Source of the DNA: Octopus sinensis
Taxonomy: Eukaryota
Direction of reading: 5' to 3'
DNA length: 15,988 nt
NCBI RefSeq assembly: GCF_006345805.1
Contig: NW_021825388.1
Span: forward strand, 1-15,988
Position 1 is the stretch's first letter. The number at the start of each line of letters is the position of its first letter. A model generated the notes under the pieces. It was not told where the DNA came from. It saw nothing but the letters and a program-made list of their open reading frames with translations, and did no database searches. Both the position numbers and the translations under genes were made by a program. Below are positions 9,925 through 15,988 of the stretch, piece by piece.

Positions 9925-9992
9925 ACAAACACACGCGCGCGCACGCACACACACACACACGCACACACACACACTTTCATACATACATATAC
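9925..9992. repeat. (CA)n/(CG)n microsatellite
   Basis: Direct reading. Confidence 0.9.
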
Positions 9993-10132
9993 GCATGCAC
10001 ACATTTACATGTGTTACGTCATACGATCACAATATTTGGAGGAAGTTCTTAAATATTATTAACCATTTTAAAAAGAATCTTATATTTAAAGTTTTTTTTT
10101 AATAGTTATGCTTTAAGAAAATCCTTCTTTAT

Positions 10133-10328
<196 letters not shown>

Positions 10329-11877
10329 AAGACAGAAGACAGCGAAAGAACAGGGAAAGACAGAGAGACAAAAACAGACAGATAGACAGAGAATCACAGT
10401 TACTCAGATGGAGAAGCTGAGGCAAAAACAGAAAGAGAGAAGGAAAGTGAGAGAGGTGAACTGGAAGCCCTTGGCAATAAATACTCCTTTTATCAAAATA
10501 TCCCTGTGAGTTTGTGAGAGATCCTGAATATCTTGCAGAAACTATCAAACGCACATGAGCAGAAAAGGATTGCAATTACAATAATCTTATAATCCGTGTT
10601 TTAGTTTAATCTTGATGCAACAACAGTTAAACTTATGCGTTAATGAATGCTTTCTTCCAGCCGATGAAACTCCAAGGAATGACAAGCAACTTGGAAACAA
10701 TGACTTCCTACAGCTCACTCAATGCATTAAACTCTTCAGAAGCAGGGAGAATGCAACGGGAAACCCTGCGTTCATGTGTCCTTTAATCTCATAGCTTTGG
10801 TACTAGGGGAAGGATTGAACCAATATGAACTAGAATAGTGTGAACATACGGCACATCCAAGTGTCGTTTTTGTTTCTTCGCGAAACTATATGCATAATAT
10901 CTGCTGACATCGGCATTCTGCTTTAACCGATTTTAAGCCATTAGTACTTAATGCCATTCGATAATCTTTATTGAAAAATTAATTTCTCAAGAAATTAATC
11001 GTTTCTCATACTCACTTTATGATGAACAAGGGAGACTTCTAGCAACAGAGGAAGTGTTACCAACCACCTCGACAGCGATTTCTACAAGTCTCCCGAATTA
11101 GCCAACGGAAATAAACCTTACTAATCCAGGTGCAACTCACCACGAAATATGAAGCGTCCGAGTAATAACTTGCGTTTTATACATCTTCAACACTTTAAGT
11201 CATATATTTCCGAATCGAATTGCTCATATGAATACATAAAACCCAGAAAACGCGTTGAGTTCTCTTTTCTTCCTTTGGCACGTCTGTTTTTATGTGTGTG
11301 AGTGTGTCTGTGTACGCATGTATGTATGTTTATGTATATCCAATAAAACTCATGATTAACCGAGTAAATGTTTCGCTTCTATTCTCCTGTTTTCATTCTC
11401 AAACATCCATACACTTCCTTCTTGTTTGTATTTTCGTTTTACCTTTATTTCTTCTTTCCATTTTGTTTTAGTTTTCTTTCAAAACAATTGCTTCGCTCAA
11501 AAGCTTCCTCTTTATTTTTATTTTTTTGTTTATTTCCAAAGGTGTTTAGCATTCCCATCCAAAATATTGGTCTCTATGTAGAGACCAGCGCTGCCATTGA
11601 TTCCAACCAATGATCTATGACGATGTCACCAATAAACATTTCATACGATGATGTAAAAGGCTTGAGTTTTGAATCATAACCCATTAAAAACGATCAGTCA
11701 GAAGCGTTAGATAACTTATCGGGAAGAGACGGTCGTTGCAGCGGCGGCTTTTAACTCTTGCCTCTTACCTCGACTCTCCATCCTTCCTCTGTAACGCAAC
11801 ACGCCAGCCAGCGCAGATATAAACTATATAATCTGCGAACCATAAACGGCAACCTATAATCAATTTACTTACGAACC

Positions 11878-11898
11878 GTGTGTGTGTGTGTGTGTGTG

Positions 11899-11950
<52 letters not shown>

Positions 11951-12194
11951 GTGTTTGTGTGTGTGTGTGTATTTGTGGTTGTGTGTGTGTGTGTATTTTG
12001 TGGTTGTGTGTATTTGTGGTTGTGTATTTGTGGTTGTGTGTGTTTGTGATTGTGTGTGTGCGACTGATTGTGTGTGTGTTAGTACATTATGTATATATAT
12101 CTTATATAAGTATATATATATTATATGCAAGTATATATATATTATATTTATACATCAGCAATTTTATTACACACACACGCACATACATTTGTAG

Positions 12195-12247
<53 letters not shown>

Positions 12248-12311
12248 TATATATATATACATATATATGTATATGGGGAGTATGTGTCCATATATCTTTA
12301 CATAAATCCGC

Positions 12312-12346
<35 letters not shown>

Positions 12347-12516
12347 AGTGTATTTGCGTAAGCAATATATGAAGGGATATGTATTTGTGTATGTGCGTGA
12401 GTGTGAATAACGGTGTATGTGTGCGTATATGTATGAATGTGTGTGTTTGTGCATCTGTCGGTTATTTGTTTATGTGTTGCGTGTGTATGTGCCTGTGAAT
12501 CACTGTGTCTTGATGA

Positions 12517-12551
<35 letters not shown>

Positions 12552-12570
12552 TATGTGTATGAGTTGCTCT
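11878..12570. repeat. Compound (TG)n/(TA)n/(CA)n microsatellite field
   Basis: Direct reading. Confidence 0.93.
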
Positions 12571-12726
12571 CATGCGTGTGTTTGTGGACATAAACTGCAA
12601 GGCCATAAACGATAAAACATGGGCGTTTTACAGTGTTGTTTAAATACGAACTGGTTGACTGAATGTCTTCCAGACGTCAGTGTACGAACCGTCGATAAAG
12701 GAGAAAGATATCAGAAAACTTCAAAC

Positions 12727-13036
12727 ACACGCACACACCACCGACGCACACACACACAATACAACACACACACACACACTAAGAAGATATGCATACAAGT
12801 ATGTGTGTATGCGTGTCAGTACATATGCATATGTGTGTATATATATATATATACACACACATATATATATATATATACATATATACATATATACATATAT
12901 ATATATACATATATACATATATACATATATATATATATACATACATACATATATATATATACATATATACATATATATATATGCATATATGTATGTATTA
13001 TATATAAATATACATATATATATATACATATACATA

Positions 13037-13070
<34 letters not shown>

Positions 13071-13275
13071 TGCATGTATAATATACATATGTATACATAT
13101 ATGTGTATATGTATATATATTTATATATTTGTAGATATGTATATATGTTTGCATACATACATATATACACACACACGCACACACACGCACACACACACAC
13201 ACATATATATGCACACACACACATATACATCTACATAAGCACGTACACATACATACACACACAAGCATACACACA
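12727..13275. repeat. Compound (CA)n/(TA)n/(TACATATA)n microsatellite field
   Basis: Direct reading. Confidence 0.93.
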
Positions 13276-13464
13276 TTCTGTACATTGTCCTGTTTGTTTT
13301 TGTGTGCTCTCCTATCATAGCATTGGTCACGTGGTAGGTCAATTGCTTTCCACCTCTATAATATTATCGACGGGCTGGGGGAATAAAATGTACTTATGCT
13401 ATCTATCTAATAATGGAATTTCAAATTTTGGCTTGCCGCCAACAACTTTCATCTCTGTTTTCAA

Positions 13465-13495
<31 letters not shown>

Positions 13496-13521
13496 TATTA
13501 TTATTATTATTATTATTATTA

Positions 13522-13602
<81 letters not shown>

Positions 13603-13902
13603 TATTATTATTATTATTATCATATTATTATTATTATTATTATTATTATAATAATTATTATTATTATTATTATTATTATATTATTATTATTATTATAATT
13701 ATTATTATTATTATTATCATTATATTATTATTATTATTATTATTATTATAATTATTATTATTATTATAATTATTATATTATTATTATTATTATTATTAAA
13801 TTATTATTATTATTATTATTATTATTATAATAATTATTATTATTATTATCATTATTATTATTATTATTATTATTATATTATAATTATATTATTATTATTA
13901 TA

Positions 13903-13935
<33 letters not shown>

Positions 13936-14039
13936 ATTATTATATTATTATTATTATTATATTATTATTATTATATATATTATTATTATAATTATATTTA
14001 TAGATTATTATTATTATTATTATTATTATTATAATTATT

Positions 14040-14093
<54 letters not shown>

Positions 14094-14203
14094 ATTATTA
14101 TTATTATATATTATTATTATTATTATTATAATTATTATTATTATATTATTATAATTATTATTATTATTATTATTATATTATTATTATTATTATTATTATT
14201 ATT
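13465..14203. repeat. 739-bp (ATT)n array with ATA/ATC variants and 1-nt slips
   Basis: Direct reading. Confidence 0.99.
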
Positions 14204-14204
14204 C

Positions 14205-14418
14205 GGTGGGCTTGAAGAATCGTTAGCACGCCGGACAAAATGCTTGGCGGTTTTTCGTCCGTCTCTATGCTCTGAGTTCAAATTTCGTCCTTTGGGGATC
14301 GATAAAATTAATAGCGGCTTAGGACTGGGGTCGATGCAATCGGTTAACCCCCTCCGTTGGAACTGCGGCCCTGGGGCGAAAATTTAAAACCATTCTTATT
14401 ATTAATATTGTTATTATT
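14205..14418 (+). mobile_element. SINE family A copy with about 24-nt internal deletion and ATT-like tail
   Basis: Head gaagaatcgttagcacgccggacaaaatgcttggcgg...ctgagttcaaattt joined directly to gtcctttggggatcgataaaattaa; tail cattcttattattaatattgttattatt. Confidence 0.85.
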
Positions 14419-14446
14419 AAAATTATATCTTTGATATTATTACTAA

Positions 14447-14663
14447 GGCGATGAGCCTACAAAATCATTACCGTGCCGGATAAAATACTAAGCGGCATTT
14501 TGTCCGTTTCTACGATCTGAGTCAAAATTCCGCCAACGTCCACTTTGCCTGTCATCATTTCGGGTTCGGTAAAATAAGTGCACTGGGGTCGATTTAATCG
14601 ACTTGGCTCTCCCCACCCACCCCAAAAATAGCTGGTCTTGTGCCAAAATTCGAAGTCATAATT
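14447..14663 (+). mobile_element. SINE family A copy, near full length, diverged
   Basis: ggcgatgagcctacaaaatcattaccgtgccggataaaatac...ctgagtcaaaattccgcc...ctttgcctgtcatcatttcgggttcggtaaaataagt...ggtcttgtgccaaaattcgaagtcataatt. Confidence 0.88.
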
Positions 14664-14746
14664 GTTGCTGTTGTTGTTGGTGTTTTTGTCGTTGTTGCTG
14701 TTGTTGTTGTTATTATTGGATTGATTTTTATTGTTATTATTCCCGA

Positions 14747-15501
14747 CTAGCAGCATAGCCCAGCGTTGCCCGGGTATGTAAGAAACTTTGTCGATAAGCA
14801 ATGCCCTTTACCTTTTTACCCTTTTTTGTACTCATTGAACCGTTATTTTGTAAAATGAAGTCTAAAAGGCATTAAGGCATTCAAGGCACGGTTCCCTTGC
14901 ATGCATGAAGAAAATCTATGACAGTGAAAGTGCATTTTCTGGTTTTGTTTAGCACACCCAACCTAGTTCTGCGGTTTTATCCAGTAATAACGTATCCTAT
15001 TGGAATCAAAAAGGGCCATATAGCTCCTTGGAGCAGACATGATGCTCGCTGTGAATTTCAAAAAAACTCCTGCCAATTTGTTAAAGATTTTGTCGAAAAT
15101 ATGTCATCTTGAATTTGAACGCGATTTCCCAAAATGGCATGATTTTATCGATTTTTTCTGATGGTAAGGTATTGCAGCGGAAAACTAACGTCAGAATTAA
15201 GTTCCTCGGGGTAACATTAAGCTTCACCATGAGTTTGGTGAAAATCGATGCAAGTTGCGAAAACTGCAACGGAAAATGCGTTGCATATGATAAGCTTAGA
15301 TTCTCGACCCCATGTCGAATTTATCAATTTTTTTCAGAACTGAGGGAACTTTTCAAACTTTTCGCTACGTTAGTTTTGAATTATGACATTATGCTATGTG
15401 TGTGTCAAGTTTCATCAGAATCGGTTGAAAGCCGTGGTCAGGGTGAGGGTACAACCTGACAGACACACAGACAGACAAACTACCTTTTATATATATAGAG
15501 A
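14747..15501 (-). mobile_element. Complete 755-bp non-autonomous Helitron (Lep1/MINE-like)
   Basis: Minus strand begins TCTCTATATATATAAAAGG at 15501 after an A (15502) and ends CTAG at 14747 before a T (14746). GC-rich hairpin cccgg-gcaacg-ctggg (14759-14774) lies 12 nt from the 3' end. No TSD; (CTGT)-type repeat near the 5' end. Confidence 0.88.
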
Positions 15502-15988
15502 TAGAATTTTTGTGGTATCCACAATCTTTCAAAAGTCTATCAAGTGCTTAAAACCCTCTTGATAATCTTTCCTGTCCCTACGAGGTAAACTTTCTGTAGA
15601 TACCCTGCAGAACATTCTATTCCAATCTCCTTCAACCATTTGTGTATACCTTTGCTCACAGTTCCCAATGTACCAGTTATTACAGACACAACCTTTACAG
15701 TTTTCATATACCAAATTCTTGAAATTTAAAATGTTAAGGGTATTATGTATTTTTAATGTTTCATTGTCTTTCTTTGCAATCCAAGAATCAAACGGACATG
15801 ATGGATCAATTAGAAAGCCACTTCGTTTTTACCTATCGATTATTGCTATCTCCGGTTTATTATTTTCTAGCTTCTTATCCGTATGAATAGGAAAATCCCA
15901 TAAGATTTTACATTTCTCCAACTTCAGCACTCTTTCGATCCGATGGTCATAACATGGACCTCCGGCTTCAAAACCTCACTCCTGACAA
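15502..15988 (-). mobile_element. Decayed 3' end of an R4/Dong-like non-LTR retrotransposon (restriction-like endonuclease region and 3' UTR)
   Basis: Manual translation: CQE*GFEAGGPCYDHRIERVLKLEKCKILWDFPIHTDKKLENNKPEIAIIDR*KRSGFLIDPSCPFDSWIAKKDNE /frameshift about 15735-15755/ ISRIWYMKTVKVVSVITGTLGTVSKGIHKWLKEIGIECSAGYLQKVYLVGTGKIIKRVLST* (stop 15540-15542). This matches the ILWD...PD.....K...LID..CP.D...K...IW......V..GALG...LQK...GT..I...L pattern of R4-clade C-termini. Confidence 0.88.

Noticed and set aside
10978-10999. Palindrome attaatttct-ca-agaaattaat
   Set aside because: Almost all A/T in an AT-rich region; not distinguishable from chance.
11568-11587. Palindrome tggtctcta-tg-tagagacca (two inverted BsaI sites)
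   Set aside because: Only 9 bp per arm with no vector or synthetic context; plausible by chance.
15529-15714. Minus ORF MVYENCKGCVCNNWYIG..., superficially GIY-YIG-like
   Set aside because: It is an alternative frame of the R4/Dong C-terminus, which fits its family over a much longer stretch. The motif spacing is wrong and the downstream R/EH residues are absent.

Overview
AT-rich eukaryotic intronic or intergenic DNA. It is dominated by simple repeats and retroposons whose sequences match my recollection of octopus (coleoid cephalopod) repeat families; the taxon call is inference, not a search result. I recognise no host protein-coding exon, and nearly all ORFs in the supplied track are read-throughs of microsatellites. 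Supported content: (1) seven copies of one tRNA-derived SINE family ('A'), plus two other SINE families ('B', 'C'), several with visible target-site duplications; (2) a tRNA-headed element carrying an internal (AAT)n tract and a degenerate minimal hammerhead-ribozyme fold (Penelope-like tail), nested inside an old family-A SINE; (3) a complete 755-bp non-autonomous Helitron (A|TC ... hairpin ... CTAG|T); (4) the decayed C-terminal restriction-like endonuclease region of an R4/Dong-type LINE, missed by the ORF track, whose 3' UTR is interrupted by the Helitron; (5) large (GATA)n, (TA/TG/CA)n and 739-bp (ATT)n arrays. Labels A, B and C are my own working names.
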